Positions 23,012 through 36,519 of a stretch of 64,000 bases of DNA are shown here, one piece after another (the first letter of the stretch is position 1; each line of letters starts with the position of its first letter). The stretch comes from Klebsormidium nitens. Its lineage: Eukaryota; Plantae; Klebsormidiophyceae. Where the stretch lies: positions 1 through 64,000 of the forward strand of contig DF237397.1 of NCBI GenBank assembly GCA_000708835.1, read 5' to 3'. Both the position numbers and the translations under genes were made by a program. Under the pieces are notes generated by a model that saw only the letters and a program-made list of their open reading frames with translations, was not told the DNA's origin and made no database searches.

Positions 23012-26000
23012 ATGGGGTTCTTTGTATCTGCATTCCTGTCTTTGATAGGCTACGGATGGGGCCTTGCTCTAGGTCTCATAGCAGGCTACCTTTACTACCT
23101 GCATCCAACAACCAAGGCCGAAAAGGTAAGGTTAAGAGCCGTGTTCTGAATCAAGTCTGGTTACACTTCCCCTTTTCAGGGTTGATCGGGGTGAAGTCTG
23201 ACTCAGTTCAGCAAGTAAGCCATAGAATTCCTTTTGCAGGCGGCTATCGCTGCCACCTTTGAAACCTCGAAAGATGTTGTGCAGCCCCATAGACAAAATG
23301 ATGTCTCCAGCTTTTACACAAGTCCATTGCTCTCAGTGTAGCTATTATGAAAGTGGGCCCCTACAGAGGGCATAGGGTCTCCTCGCTGCCACCGGATTGT
23401 CAGATGAGATTTAAAACATTCTTCTTGATAATTGTTCTCTGTTTGACTTGAGGAACTGGCTCCTACTTCATCTGGATGTCAGTAATTCCACAAAACATAT
23501 GCATGTTCATCCAACTACCAGACATGTTAGTGCTGACTCGCTCATTAGTTTTAACGGAACGCGTACCCTCTACCTTGACAAGGTCTGGCCCAGTTGAGAA
23601 AGTGTCTTCTCTGGTTGCTGGTTGCGATGCTCACCTACTTAGCTTGTCGAATACAGCCATAACCTAGCCCTCCCCCCTCCTCACAACCCTCAGCAGAACA
23701 AGAACTACGATCTCTCTGTTGAGGCACACCATCACTTGTTCCAAAGCCAATGAAGACGAAATCAGGGGCTGTCATTTCCATCGAAGCCCATGGCAGCCAC
23801 AGCACTGACTCTCAGGACTTCAAAGTGCACCCTGTCAGGATAAGGCATACCCAAAGGCGGTCTGACGCCGTATGGTGAGACAGTTTGTAAGTCCTAAGAA
23901 ATTACCCCAATGACAACCACAACACCAGTGATATCTCCTCTTCAGACCTGTCTCCCATTGTGTTCTGCAGCCCAAGAAGCCAAAACTTCAGCGGGCAAGG
24001 ACGCTCAGCCCCTCTATACTCAAAAGCGCCATGAACCAGATTCCCGCTTGGACGATGTACCCTGATTGGGATAGGGTGAGCTTTGTTGGTATTTCCTTGT
24101 TTTGGATGCTCTATGCTCGATTGTATCATCCGTTGGATTACCTTTTGTTACCAGATCAGGGCCAGAATCGTCGAAACCAGAATATTTGCACTTCACCTTT
24201 GCAAGGCCTTCCACTCACATACACTTGATTTACAGGCTTTATGATACAACGGCACCGAACAGATAGTTCGCAGGGACTTAGAAGGATCCTTCCGGTTAGT
24301 ATTACATGGTACCAAAAGAGGGGGTGTGCTCACCGGGAATGGGCCTGCCATTTGGCTGTGGTCAGGCTGAGGGTACACAAATCGGGTCCCCCAGTCTATG
24401 GGTAGAGAGTTTACCCCATGAGCATCTAATTCTCGACGTCAAGGTTCAGAGAAAGAGGCACGTGTTCCACTCCCTCCTTTAGTAGTGCTCGTAGTTCGCC
24501 TTGACTCGTCAGTTTCGGTTGGATCCGGTCGGGGCAGGGACTGGGCTCTTCCGCACTTGATGCCAACTGCTGATAGTTGAAGTCTTATACCAAGTTGCGG
24601 AACTCCTCTTATCAAACCCTTTCTGGCAGTCTGCTGAAACTCTGAGTATGGTTGTCTACCTTCTTCGCAGACCAGTTTTCTCAACAAGGCAGCCAGTAAG
24701 CTATGGCCATACCTAGACACCGCCGTTCGAGACACCGTCTACGAGATGGTCCCGCCAATCATTGAGCAATACCGCCCCAAGCAGATTACCAAGATTGAGA
24801 TCGAGGAGCTTTCGCTGGGGGACTTTCCGGCCACTCTCGAAGGTATGTGGTCGTGTTACACATACTGCATGATCAGCTCCCTGAAATTCCGGCCCTTCAA
24901 CTACGAACGACGATGGAAGATTGTTTTGAACTCGGCTAGTCCAAATCTGTGCAACTTTGGGTGTACTTCCACGTCAAAGTCTCTGACATATGCAGGGGCA
25001 ACAAAGGCGGCCAAACATTTCCGTCTTTCCTTCACCTTCCGAAGTCTGGGGGACGTCTGGATTCCTGATTAGTCGCTTCTCTGGTAACGGAAGAATTCTT
25101 TCTTCGGCAGTAGCTTGGAACCTTCAACATCTCTTAAGGCTGTAAATTTCGATGCTGCGGATATATGGCAAGCTCAGATTGGAAGGCGGACGGTTGCGCC
25201 AGTAAATGTTCACGCCACCATGCATAGAAGCCCTTTATCAAAGCTTCCGATGCTTCCGCAGGCACTAAGGGTATTTTAGTAGGAAGGATGTCAAAAGAAC
25301 TGTGAAGAGCACACAAGCTTGACTATTCAGCTACTTCCACAGGCGCTAAAGCGTTTGACACGGTGGATAACTTAAAGGCCATACACGATTGACTCTTGAA
25401 ATGCTTCTGCAGGCGCTAAAGTGTTTGATACAGTGGATGACGAGATGATTGTCGAGACGACACTGAAATGGGCGAGCAACGGGAGGGCAAGGGTCGGGGT
25501 CCATGCGTTTGGCCTCAAGCTAACTGTAGAGGTAAGATCGGAGTTCCACCCACTCTTCACACAGTAGTACCCCGTCTCACGTTGATGCAACTACGTTGAT
25601 ATGGCCGACCGTATCGTCCATATTCTAACGCCTTTTTGGCTTTCGGGCTGCTCTTACAGGCGTCGAGTACTCCCTGTCGTCCCTTGTCTGAACAAGGTTA
25701 CTTGCCGGATTATTCAGCAGAATTTAAACAAGCCTGGAATCTCCGGACGCATCTCGGTATGTTCGGACATTTGTCGACGTTCCAGACGGCTCCTGCAGGC
25801 GTCCGAGTCGTAACAGAGCTTCCTTCTCGAGAGCCAGTTGCACGATATCAGGCTAGGTTGCCTGAAAATTTAGCACGTATCCAATATTCTCGAACAACCG
25901 GGACAAATCTGGATACGTCCGAATTTTCATCAGCGGATCGGACGGCGTCCGAGCCCTCGCAGACAATCCTTCCCAAGAGCGTCGGGTGCATGTGATCATA

Positions 26001-29000
26001 ACAAAATGCCTTGAAAGACAATCTTCCAACGAATTATGATAATCTGCACAGAATCGGACCCATTCGGACAACTCTTTGACCTTTTGAACGGCCCCTGCAG
26101 GCGTCCGAGTTCTGGCTGTCCGTCCCCGTCCGCGCCACGTTCCGCCCGCTCGTGCCCGTCTTCCCCTGCTTCTCCAGCATCCGCGTCACCATGCCCAACA
26201 AGCCACGTGTCGACTTCTCGTTGAAGATCGGCGGGGCTGACGTCATGGCTATCCCAGGGCTCCTTCAGATCGTGCAGGTGGGGGGACATGCAGCTTTTCG
26301 TTATCGGTGTTGTAGAACGTTGAAGCACGCTCTGAGTGTTTTCGAAGGTCGATTCTGCTGACGTCATGGTCATTCCCGGCCTCTCGGGGTCGTACATAGT
26401 CGTTTGTAAAGTCGCAAACGTTTTCGTCGCTTCTCAGAGGGTCGGAGGATCGGATTCGCCGACTTTTTCAGACGAGCTGAATGCAATCAACTGCTGCAGG
26501 TGACAAGCGTTTCTTATGTTCCGACGATCAGCGCGTTCGGTGAAATGAGCCGCCGCACTTGAGCAAGTGGTTTTCATCTCCCAATGAAGACTGTGTTGAG
26601 CAGTTTGTTTGGGTCTCGAGTTGTCGTACTGGAGGACTAACGTGTCCAGATTCTGTTGGCGTTGCTGATGTCAGGGCCATCGGAATTCGGCTTGTTTGAA
26701 GCCTCTCCTTGTCAAATCCATCCTGAGCCTCTTTCTGCTTCTTTGATCCCCTCTTATCAATGTGGATCAAAGGCCTCTGTTAAGCTTCCTTGGTCATTAG
26801 TCCAATATACGCCGCTTGCTTATTGGTTCCTTTTGTAATTAATCACTGTGTAGTACAAAACTGGACATCAAATGCACGCAGCAGAGTGTCACGATTGATA
26901 TCCGCAAAGGGCACTCACTACTTTCTTTTGTGCTCTTGCGTTCGAAGTGCGTGTGTGGAGCGCAGAAGCGGAGGCACAGAAGCTTCATTAGTTTGTCACA
27001 CATCAAACAGCTGCAAAATCAACTGCAGGTCAGTAAAAGGTCAGTGACTGTCCTGGTCGCGATTGAACGCCTGCACGCTGACATTTGCTGACGTCGTACT
27101 GACGTGGCAGGACCAAATACGGCAAGCAGTGGCGCAGCTCTTCCTCTTCCCGCAGTCGATGGAGGTCTACACCATCGAGATGGGCTCGTAAGTCGTTCAG
27201 GTTACGAATTACGGGTTTACGGGTCACGGGTTTCGTTCGGGCAGTTACCAAAACTGCAGACACCTAAGGTTCACCGTCGACCGAAAAGTACTAGGCTCAC
27301 CAGCTTGGCATCTCCGGTCCGCGTACAGCTTTTGTACACTGCTTCTCTGGCGAAATCCTGTACTAGGTCTGTACATTTTATGCTACGTGATTGATTGAAG
27401 CATTTTGATTGCTCCGGAGGGCCGAGGATGAGCGCTCACCCATTTCGGAACCTACCCTCTTTTTCGACTTAAAGCTTGTTCCATCAGTACAAGCAAAAGT
27501 AGCTCTGTCCCTTGTGTCTACGACAATGTAATCGAGCTTGAAGTCGGCACTGCGGTCTTGGATATCGTAGCAACGTTGCGATACTGCTAAAGGAGACTAT
27601 TTTTGACTCGTTTGGCCAGCCAAAGAGGACAATAGCAATTGCTTCGGGGATTGTGGACAAGAGCCAGATTCGATTGTCCAGGCACCTTTTCCGTTGAGTG
27701 GAGACTGCATATATTGCAATGACGTGTTGAACCACGGATTCCAAGGGGCAGCTTGAATTGACTCTCAGAATCTCTTGATCTTCATCCTTGAAACAAATAA
27801 GACGAGCGCTTTCAAGATTCTTTGAGGACACTGGGCCATCCCGAAAACGTTTCTCGATGAGTTCCCAAGTCACCGTCCAAGTTACTGCAGCCAAATCATC
27901 ACCGGGAAACCAGTACTTTCCCCTCAGTTGATGGATGTACCACACCTTCATATCTATGAGAATCCATCTATCAAGCTGCCGTCTTTCTTCGCTTACAGAA
28001 CGACTCAAAGACCGACTGGCGCGTTGTACGTCAAACTGATCGAGGGCAAGGACCTGAAGAAGACGGACGTGTTTGGGACTTCAGATCCGTTTGTGGAGTT
28101 GTGGCTAGACGGCAGTAAACGATACACTAGCGACGTGAGTAGTCTATTTGCTTTTTCTGGTCTCCCTTTTCTCTGTCAGCTAGTGGTACTTCCGTTCCGG
28201 TTTCCACCTGTTCTTGCGCTTGAAGCCAAGAACAAACCAATTCAGGTTGCTTCCATCATATTTAGATTCTGGTTGTGTCATCCCTTTGTGGGGCCTTTCG
28301 GTAAAAGCCAGCAATCCCCTTTTCGGTCGTTCATATTTTGTCATTGCACCTTCTGTTCCGTAATCACGATAGACATCTCTGTCTTTATGAGAAGATCAAA
28401 CATCCTGTCGTTCGAGCCTCTGATTCTCAAATTTGGGACGGCAGTAAAGCTCACTCAAGAATACTAAGGTTTCACCGTACTTCCTATCTCACTTGTTTTG
28501 CTTGCTGTCCTTTTCTTGCCTCTGTGCTCTTTTCGCCTTACTTCACTTTTCCCTTTCGAGATTTTAACCGCTTCTATTACCGCCCTTTTAGTGAGCGTCC
28601 AATATCTTAGGAGCCCTTTGGCGATCTATGCGATCAGATTCTGAGTTGGAGATACATCTAGTGAGTTCTCGGGTTGCAAAAATCGCACGTTGAACATTCA
28701 GCGGACAGTAGCAAGGATCATACATTGCTTTGCGCTAGTGATGCGCTTTTTCCTACGCTCTCATTCCATTTACCACTTTCCAGAGGCGCTTCGGCAACGC
28801 AAAAACAATCTAGTGTGTCAGATGCGTTTTCTAATGCAAGCGTTCTCTGTTTCAGGTCAAGCACAATACGCTCAACCCAAAGTGGAACCAGATGTTCAAC
28901 TTCCTGGTTCGTGATCCGACCAACGAACGGCTCACGATACAGCTGTTGGATCGGGACAAAGTGGGGTCAAAGAAAGTAAGTTCGACCTAACCCGAAACTA

Positions 29001-32000
29001 GCACACAGTTACGTCATTTAGAAACCGTGAGTATGTAAAGCCTTGTCTTCTCTTAATGTTCCTCCGCTAGATTCGGTTTCACTGAGTACAGGAAGAAATC
29101 AAACTGGGGGCCTGAAATGGAGGCTGACTGTCCGGATGTCGAAGCTTTTATGGAGAACCGAATGTCACAGCCTTCAAGTCTTGTTGAGCAATTTTTTTAA
29201 TGTCCTACTAACATGAGGGTTGTACGCTGCCTCGTCTAGATATCAAGAGTGGTCTTGATGATTGTACGAACGTGGCTTGCCTATTGAAGTCGATTTGGAT
29301 TGTCGCTAGCCGGAAAAGAGTTTTAAACCGCACTTTTGAGATTCTTGAACCGGAATTGAGTCTCTCTCATACTGAGGCCTATTCTTGATCCTTAAATATC
29401 AGATCCAACTTTTATTTCGCGCTGAAATTTCCAATATGGGACCACATGCGCAGTCTACCTTCAGTGTAACATACAGCTCAGAATCGCAAATGCCTCGATC
29501 GCCCTATTCTAGAATTCATTGAAGGAGCGTGAATGCTTCGAGGAACAACAGGGGTCTATGCTGGAGCTGAGACCCCTACTTCATGTAGACGATGTCTACT
29601 TCAAAACCGAGACGCGGCAGAGAAAATGATAGAATCGACGACTTGAGTAAAGGGAATGAAAAACCGCGCAGTCCAAACTAAGACAGGACGTACTTTTTCA
29701 GGTGGCGATGTGTCAAATCGACTTTGCGGACCTAGAGCCCAACGAGTTGCGCGACTATTGGCTGGACCTGAAGAAGGATCTGGAAGGCGACGCAAACCCC
29801 AAAAACGCAAAGTTCCGTGGGAAGCTCCACCTAGAAGTTGAATACCGTCCGTTTGCCGGGGAAGATTTGGATCCGGTTGAGGTGGGCGGAGTGGTGGGCG
29901 GAACGGACGGAACGGAGATGATACAACCGGACGTGGAAATTCCGCAGGGGGGCGGGCTGCTTTCCATTACGATAGGGCAGGGGATCGATTTGATGCCGGT
30001 CGATCGGGGCACGTGTAATGCGTACGTGGAGTTCAAGTTTAGGAACGAGTTGCACATAACCAAGGTGGGAAGATCTTACTCGTTTCGCCTTCCATCCCTC
30101 GTTTCGTCTGACACTTGCGTACTTATTCTCCTTGAGGCCAGATCGACGAGAGCTCTAATAGAAAATCTCTGCTGCTTCGGCTTTCTCCGTGAGGGCGGAA
30201 TGCTTTTCTGCCGTGTCATTTCACTAGTTACAACCTGTATTGCTGACGAGTGTCTAAGCTGAGAGACGCGATACGCTTTCGCCGCTCGAGGGCGTCTGCG
30301 CTCCTACTCTCTTTCCTTTTTTTGTGGTAAGTTACGCAGCTGAGGCCTGCGGCCTAGAAATGGTGGTGTCATGCTCGTTTGTTCTAGAGCTGAATAGTGA
30401 TTTGTTCTCGATTCACGTTCTTGGGTGCGACGTACCTTACCAGGCTGAGGTTTGCCATTCAAGCGCCTATCCGTTTTCCGGTCCTGGAAGCGGCGATGCT
30501 TCCTGAATAGCCGTCACAATCTGTCCGACTAGGGCCGTTTCAATTGTTCAAGAGGGAGATTCTCAAACGCCTTTCCCTACTAACGATTTATGCAGGGACA
30601 CAGTTCCGAGAGGGTTAGTCTTCTCCAAACCCCATCAGTTGATGTGCAATAGCATAAGCAAAGCACCAAGGAAATGGTTTATTAAGCTAGCCGACGTTCT
30701 GCCGATGACCCACGCGACTAGTCGGCCTGTACAACTGGCAGGACGTGGAGCGTCTAATCTCGTTGAATGGGTGTAAGAACCTGCAAGGTTACTTCGTGTA
30801 CGGCTTTTACCGACCGGCATGGTAGGATTCCGAATGTTCGAAAATGATAATTAATGAAGAAATACGACCGATTTTGGCGACTTTTTTAACGAATGCGACC
30901 CTGAATCCGAATCTCCCCTGGAGGACCATCCGAGCACCTTTTCGCCCCTGAAAACCCGCTTCTGGAGTGACCGGTTGATACTTGTTACTTTCCGACCGTG
31001 CTCGACCAATTTTTTTCTGAATCCGAATGATCATTTTCCAAACCAAAAATCGGATTTCTAGCTTTCCGATAGGCAAATCAATATTTAACCATTCGGAATC
31101 ATACCTTGCCGGAACAGTATTTGACCCGGTTGCGAACTCAGTTTGCAAGCAACCCACTGATCAAACCAATGCCTCTGCTATGCAGGACGTGAAGAAAGAC
31201 ACGAACCCAGACTGGGGCGAGCACTTCCAGATTCTGTGCGACAGCCCGCCGCGGGACGAGTTTCTGTTCATCCGGGTGTGGCATCGCAACCGGGGGAAGG
31301 ATAAGCTATTGCGGGCGATGACGAACATCAAGCATCTTGTGAAGGCCAACATTGAGGGCAAGGTAAGAAGGGCTGAGGCATCGCTACGTTGCGAGCAGCC
31401 TGCATAGTCTTTCTGCGGAAAGTCAGGGGTGTCCTTTTTCGAAATCTCTTTCTGGCTGCTGTAAGAGGGGGCGTTCCGCCACGTGGCTCTTGGGCGGACA
31501 CACAGTCCTGGACCTGGGACTAAGTTTTGCCGTGGACTTGTTACTGCGTGCACTTTCGGGCGACCATCAGAGCGGAGCTTCGCCTTGAATTGTCGCCTTA
31601 GGGTACCGGGTCTACTGACGCCTTTTTTTGAATTGTGGCCTGTGAAGTCTTCTCTTGCGCATGCGGGAATCTATGAGAGCTGAGGTCACTTCAGAAAGGT
31701 CAGGCGCAGCTTTGCGGCATTCTCAAGAGACCAACGTCACATTTTCTGCAACAGCTTTCCAGTTTCGATTAAACGCAACGTCTTTGGGGGCCACTGTGTA
31801 TGCGCAAACGCTTGCTGGATATTTGCTCAGTTGCTCGACGCACTTGCAAGAATACTGGGCCCTCTTGGCAGAATCACTTGCCAAAAGTCAGGTCAGAATG
31901 GGAGCGCACGTGTTTGAGTTGGAAATATACCCCTGCAGATACATATACCTTCAAATTCCTCTTTCGCTGTTGTTGGATGCATCTGCCTAGTACGGCTGTG

Positions 32001-32286
32001 AGCGCTGCCTTCGTTTGAGCATGTGTAAGGAAGCCTCAACGAGTTGCTTTAGACCCCATGAATATAGCAACGGTCGAGAGCGGCCAGATTCATTGGCGTT
32101 TGAAAGTACCATCAGGCAGCGCTCTGACATAAGCTTTTGCCTGTGCAGAAATCTCTGGGCGATTGCATGATCAATCTCTCCGATGTAGTCAACAACAGGA
32201 GGATCAACGACGTGTACCAACTTGAGCACACCAAAAAGGGGTCGATCAAGGTTGAGTTACAGTGGCTCACGACAGGTCAAAACTAG
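23012..32286 (+). CDS. SYT: Plant-type synaptotagmin (TM-SMP-C2-C2); exons 23012-23125, 23971-24075, 24671-24842, 25413-25531, 26101-26277, 27111-27187, 27999-28134, 28856-28975, 29702-30064, 31186-31362, 32149-32286
   Basis: Eleven phase-compatible GT-AG exons: MGFFVSAFLSLIGYGWGLALGLIAGY (TM); PAWTMYPDWDR/LWPYLD/LKWASN/FRPLVPVFPCFSSI/PRVDFSLKIGGADVMAIPGL (SMP); TDVFGTSDPFV and NPKWNQMFNFLVRDP (C2A); NPDWGEHF and DVVNNRRIN...IKVELQW (C2B). Collinear with recalled Arabidopsis SYT1. Confidence 0.95.
25240..26520 (+). repeat. Splice-junction echoes in SYT introns 3-5
   Basis: Exon-4 acceptor cag|GCGCTAAAG echoed at 25343 and 25262. Exon-5 acceptor cag|GCGTCCGAG echoed at 25799 and near 25661. 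Exon-5 3' end (GCTGACGTCATGG..ATCCC) echoed at about 26341-26400. Confidence 0.78.
30814..31112. mobile_element. Small MITE-like element in SYT intron 9, 299 bp
   Basis: 23-bp inverted termini, 21/23 identical (ccggcatggtaggattccgaatg / cattcggaatcataccttgccgg); internal direct repeat ctgaatccgaat; no TSD seen. Confidence 0.55.
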
Positions 32287-33496
32287 GACCCTTGAGAAGA
32301 GGCTCGCTACTGGTCTACAGAATATTGTTATTTGAGGAGTTGTTTTTAGAATATGACCCGGCTTGCTGGTCCACTTACAGAAGCCTTTGACATATAAACT
32401 TTGATTCACGTTATTTGATCTAAAATGGAGCAGGTAACGTTCAGTGAGTTCAGAGTGCCACTGTAGACCGTTTGTGCTGGCCGGATTCTTCGTGGTTTGC
32501 GGATATATAGTATAGTCCAAACGATGTGTGTTTTGGCCCGTAGGTCCGGTTCAGAAGTGACGGAAACATGGAGTCCGCAAAGAGAAATTGCTTGGAAAGA
32601 GCATTGCATGTCTATAGCTCTAACTTAATTTTGTCAATATGGCCATGATTATGCTATCCATGGGATTTATGTACGCCAACGTATGAACAATAATCAGGGC
32701 GCGACCGTGCCAGAATCAGTGGTTGCAGTTGACCGTCGATGTTCGCTTTGAAGGCATGCTAGAGAAGCGAGCATGCGAGTCTCTAGCTGCATCCGGGATC
32801 AAATTTCAGATCGGGCTGCAGGGAACTCCTTCTATATGGCTAAGTTGGATCTTCCATCACAACTTCACACTTTTTCTTCGCCCGCTGCATGGCTACGTAC
32901 TAATACCGAAAAAACCATCTTTCTCGATCGAAGCACATTAAAATTGGAGCGAGCGGAGGCACTAAAGATATTCTGGACCTCTCTCCTCGCGAGGCGCACT
33001 TGAGGCCTTTTGATTTTTTTATCTGCAATATATGAATAATCTGGCCACACGCAGCTCATCATCAGGAGTCTGCGGACTGGCACACCGCTTTGGAGCGGAT
33101 TTTCAAGTCAAGTTGCTAGTACTGATTCACTTGCATGGCTGCTAATGCAGCGGTGTACTGTGCCTAGAACGTTTCCGGACATGCCGTCACTTCATCTATG
33201 AGGGGAGCACCGGTGGTGGTGTCGACCGGCCCCTCCCGAGTGGTTGCGCTTCTCTTCTTGGCGACATATGGCCATGACAAATTAGGAGATGTTCGTTTGC
33301 GCCAGGCATCTGCAAATGCAGCAAAGTCATCTTCGGTGAGCTCGGCAAACGGTCTGTCATTTGGCAGTAATGCCAGACGGTCTCGAAAAAGAAGGCCTCG
33401 CTTTTTGATCACTTGGCATCTTGAGTGCCAACAGCGATGAAAGGATTCCGCTAGCAGAGTATGCAATAGACGTCCAATCTTTAGTGAACACTTTGA

Positions 33497-33886
33497 CAGT
33501 GACCGCACGAACGCCGACAATTCGCCGGCCGCCACACCCCCGACCCCCAGAATTTTGCGAAACTTTTCACGCCAGCCGCCAGGCTGACCCCCCCGTAATT
33601 GAGAACAAAAAAACTTAAAACTGCGCTTATAACGCAGAATACGGCCTATTTTGGTAAGAAATCAGCGCATATTCACTGTTGGTGTCTCATACGTATGTCA
33701 AGTAGGCTAAATCTACCACAATATATTGAAAACTGTTTTGGTATTTGCGGGCGGGTCCGCCCGGGGTACTTTACCCGGCTGCCGCCGCCGCCGCCGGACA
33801 CCCGACCCGCTCGTCCACCGGGCACTTTCGCCAGCCGCCGACCCACCTCTCCGCCATTTCAATTGTCGGCGTTCGTGCAGTGGCTG
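33497..33886. mobile_element. MITE-like element, 390 bp, possibly Tc1/mariner-type
   Basis: 26-bp TIRs, 23/26 identical, inner 18 bp perfect (gcacgaacgccgacaatt). CAG termini; TA on the right flank and GA on the left. Confidence 0.7.
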
Positions 33887-34161
33887 TAAAACTGTTATGA
33901 GACCACGCCTTACACGAAGAGATACAGAGCGGCTCGAGCCATTCTCGCGCACTTGAGGCCGCTTGCAGCACAATCTGCCTCCCAGCGTACCAACGCTGAG
34001 GGTAAACGAGACTACATTTACCGGTACTTGAATACCATACTACCGGAATTTTCTGTAAGCTTTACGTCACACACTCAGGACTGAGCTTTATAGTGGCAGA
34101 CGTCACATCACACGCGTAATAATACCGTCCGGCGTCACCGTCCCCATGCTGGATTCGCACT

Positions 34162-34673
34162 AAGGGTACCGTCATTTTGTACCTGGTACCCCCCCATATT
34201 TAATTGGGGGGGGGGGGCTCGAGGCCTCAGTGGTGACGCAGGGTGGAGGGGGGGGGGGGGCTTGGGGGCATTCTGAGAATCAGGGCCCCCATGGGGGGAA
34301 GGCTTGAGGCTTCCCGAGCGGGGGGTCTTATGAGCGGCGTTCACCAACATATCTTTGTGTTTGTCCCTCAAAATGAGCATCAAAAGTGTCAAAGTGGTTC
34401 GCAAACTTCAAAGAGCTGCCCTGCGGGGCTAACTAGCTTTCAAAAAGCGAGGGATATATACGAGCATTTGCCAAAACCATACAGGCAAAAATTTCAAAAA
34501 AACGGGTTTCTGGCTTTGGCTTCACTGCCCTCTTATGCAGCAGGGCCTAGGGGGGGGGGGGCTTGGGGCCTCTCGGCGCAGCCGAGGCCCCCCAGGGGTC
34601 CTGGCAAGGGGCAACTTCCGAAAATGGTCGATTTAAATATGGGGGGTACCAATTACAAAATGACGGTACCCTT
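34162..34673. mobile_element. MITE-like element, 512 bp, with long TIRs and poly-G tracts
   Basis: 41-42-bp TIRs (aagggtaccgtcattttgta..tggtaccccccatatttaa) with 2 mismatches and one homopolymer indel. G12, G13 and G12 runs at 34206, 34248 and 34550. Confidence 0.8.
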
Positions 34674-36519
34674 TAAACTGCTGGGATTCTCCAGAATTCG
34701 GCCCGCCCCCAGGCTTGAAGCTGAGGTTTGAACAGTGACCATTGGCATGAGGGACCATTTCAATCTCTCTTTCTCTCTCTCTCTCTTTCTCAAGATACAT
34801 GCTACGTAGCATCGCCCTTCTTGCCAGGTACCTGGTAGTATTCTTCTTTGCGTTTAAGTTTCAAGCAGCTTGCATTCTCTTCTCATATTGCTGTGTACGC
34901 GGGGTCACCTTCATCCTGCATTCATTGGAAGGTCAATTGGAGCACGGTCAAGCAAATGCCAGCCTGCACAGTTCTATTTGCAGCAGCCAGCTCCGTCCAA
35001 GGATGCAACGAGCAGATAAATTGTCATATGCGTTCTTTTGGGTCTACTGAAAACTGTAACCTGATAAGAAACATCCGCCTGATGAAAAAGGGGCTGAAGA
35101 AGTGGCACAAGCAGCTTTGAGGTCGTTGTCTATTCACCAAGACTCAAGAGCTGGGTGATTGAAATTTTGATAACCGCTCATAGTTGCCGGCACGTTGGAT
35201 ATAGGCAGATAGTCAATCCGCTCTACAAACATACTAAGCGTAGAAAAGAGCCAGCATATCGAGTTTCTGCTCTCTGAGCTTTCTTTTCAATCACGACATC
35301 CTGCTGCAGCCGGCATGCCGTATTGCAATCTAAGAACAATCAAAAAGTTGCTTCAGCACATCTGGAAGCTCTAATTTGGGCATAGACGACCGGGTTGAAG
35401 GTGAGCTATTAAATGCAACATTGCACCACCATATTGTTAGATTGCTTTTCTCTTTCTGCTCGCAAAAGCTTTTTGTCTTTTTGTTGTTTTCCTCCAGATT
35501 GAAGCTGATATGAGTCTGTACCCTGGAAAGAACCCAACTGTAAAACTTGAGCTTGCCCTTGGAACACTTTTTACCCAGGGCTTCGTGCTTCCGGACGACC
35601 CTTACCCCGCTCCTTGCTTGTATTTATTTCTCAAGGGTTTATCATGAGGCGGATCTCTGTGATCAAGTTCAGCATGCTTTGTCTGAGGCCGCTCGAAGAA
35701 CTTTATACAACAGAAAGGACTCGAAAGGGTTGGGATGCATTGCATAACGAGAGTATGAGCAAGGACGTCAACCTGAGTGATGGAATTTTCAGAGACTGGT
35801 AGTAGAGCCATATCTGGACAAAGCATACGCGTCTCACAACCAAAAGAATTGTATGCTTGTGGATCACTCCTCAGGCTGGATCGTCAATTGCATTCGAGAC
35901 TGCCGGTTACAGAAACCTTGGTAGAGTCGATGAGCAGGGGGCTTATAGAAAAGATCGTGGCATAGCTTGTGAATGCGCGTGCAGATGAAAAAGATGGATG
36001 GAAAGTAAGGAGGGTGGGTCAATCGTGGTGGGGTGAAGTGACACGAAGAGGGCAGCTCTGCGTAAGAGGAAACAGAGTGCCAAGGCTGAAAAACATGGCT
36101 GCTCCATTGTAATGTGGTCCCCTCAATCCACTGGCCTGTTGAGATAACTGGAAGCAATAAACCAGCGGTCCAGATCTGCTTGTGAATCACGACCTGACAC
36201 AATATATAATCTGGAATCATAATGATTGTGTACTAGCTCCCTCTTGTGATTCAACCAATGCAGCACTGCTTTCAGATTCAGATGGCAATTCGCTTCGCCT
36301 GAGTGTATACTTGCTTATGAAGGTTCACAAGCCAGCAGAAATTCATCGTCACGGCGTCCTACCATACCCTCTTCTCCTCGTTCTGAGCTTCCCTTGATTA
36401 TTAGCTTTTTTCAACCCAGAGAGAACAGCTCTACCCATGGAATACCTACGATTTTTCTGGCTGAAACCCCTTTCTACATCTTTCCAGGCCCTCATAAGCT
36501 CCACATAGCTCCATAAGCT

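Noticed and set aside
35490-36400. Short exon-like segments between the GLR-A candidate ATG and S1
   Set aside because: They could not be joined into a stop-free frame and show no ATD-like motifs.
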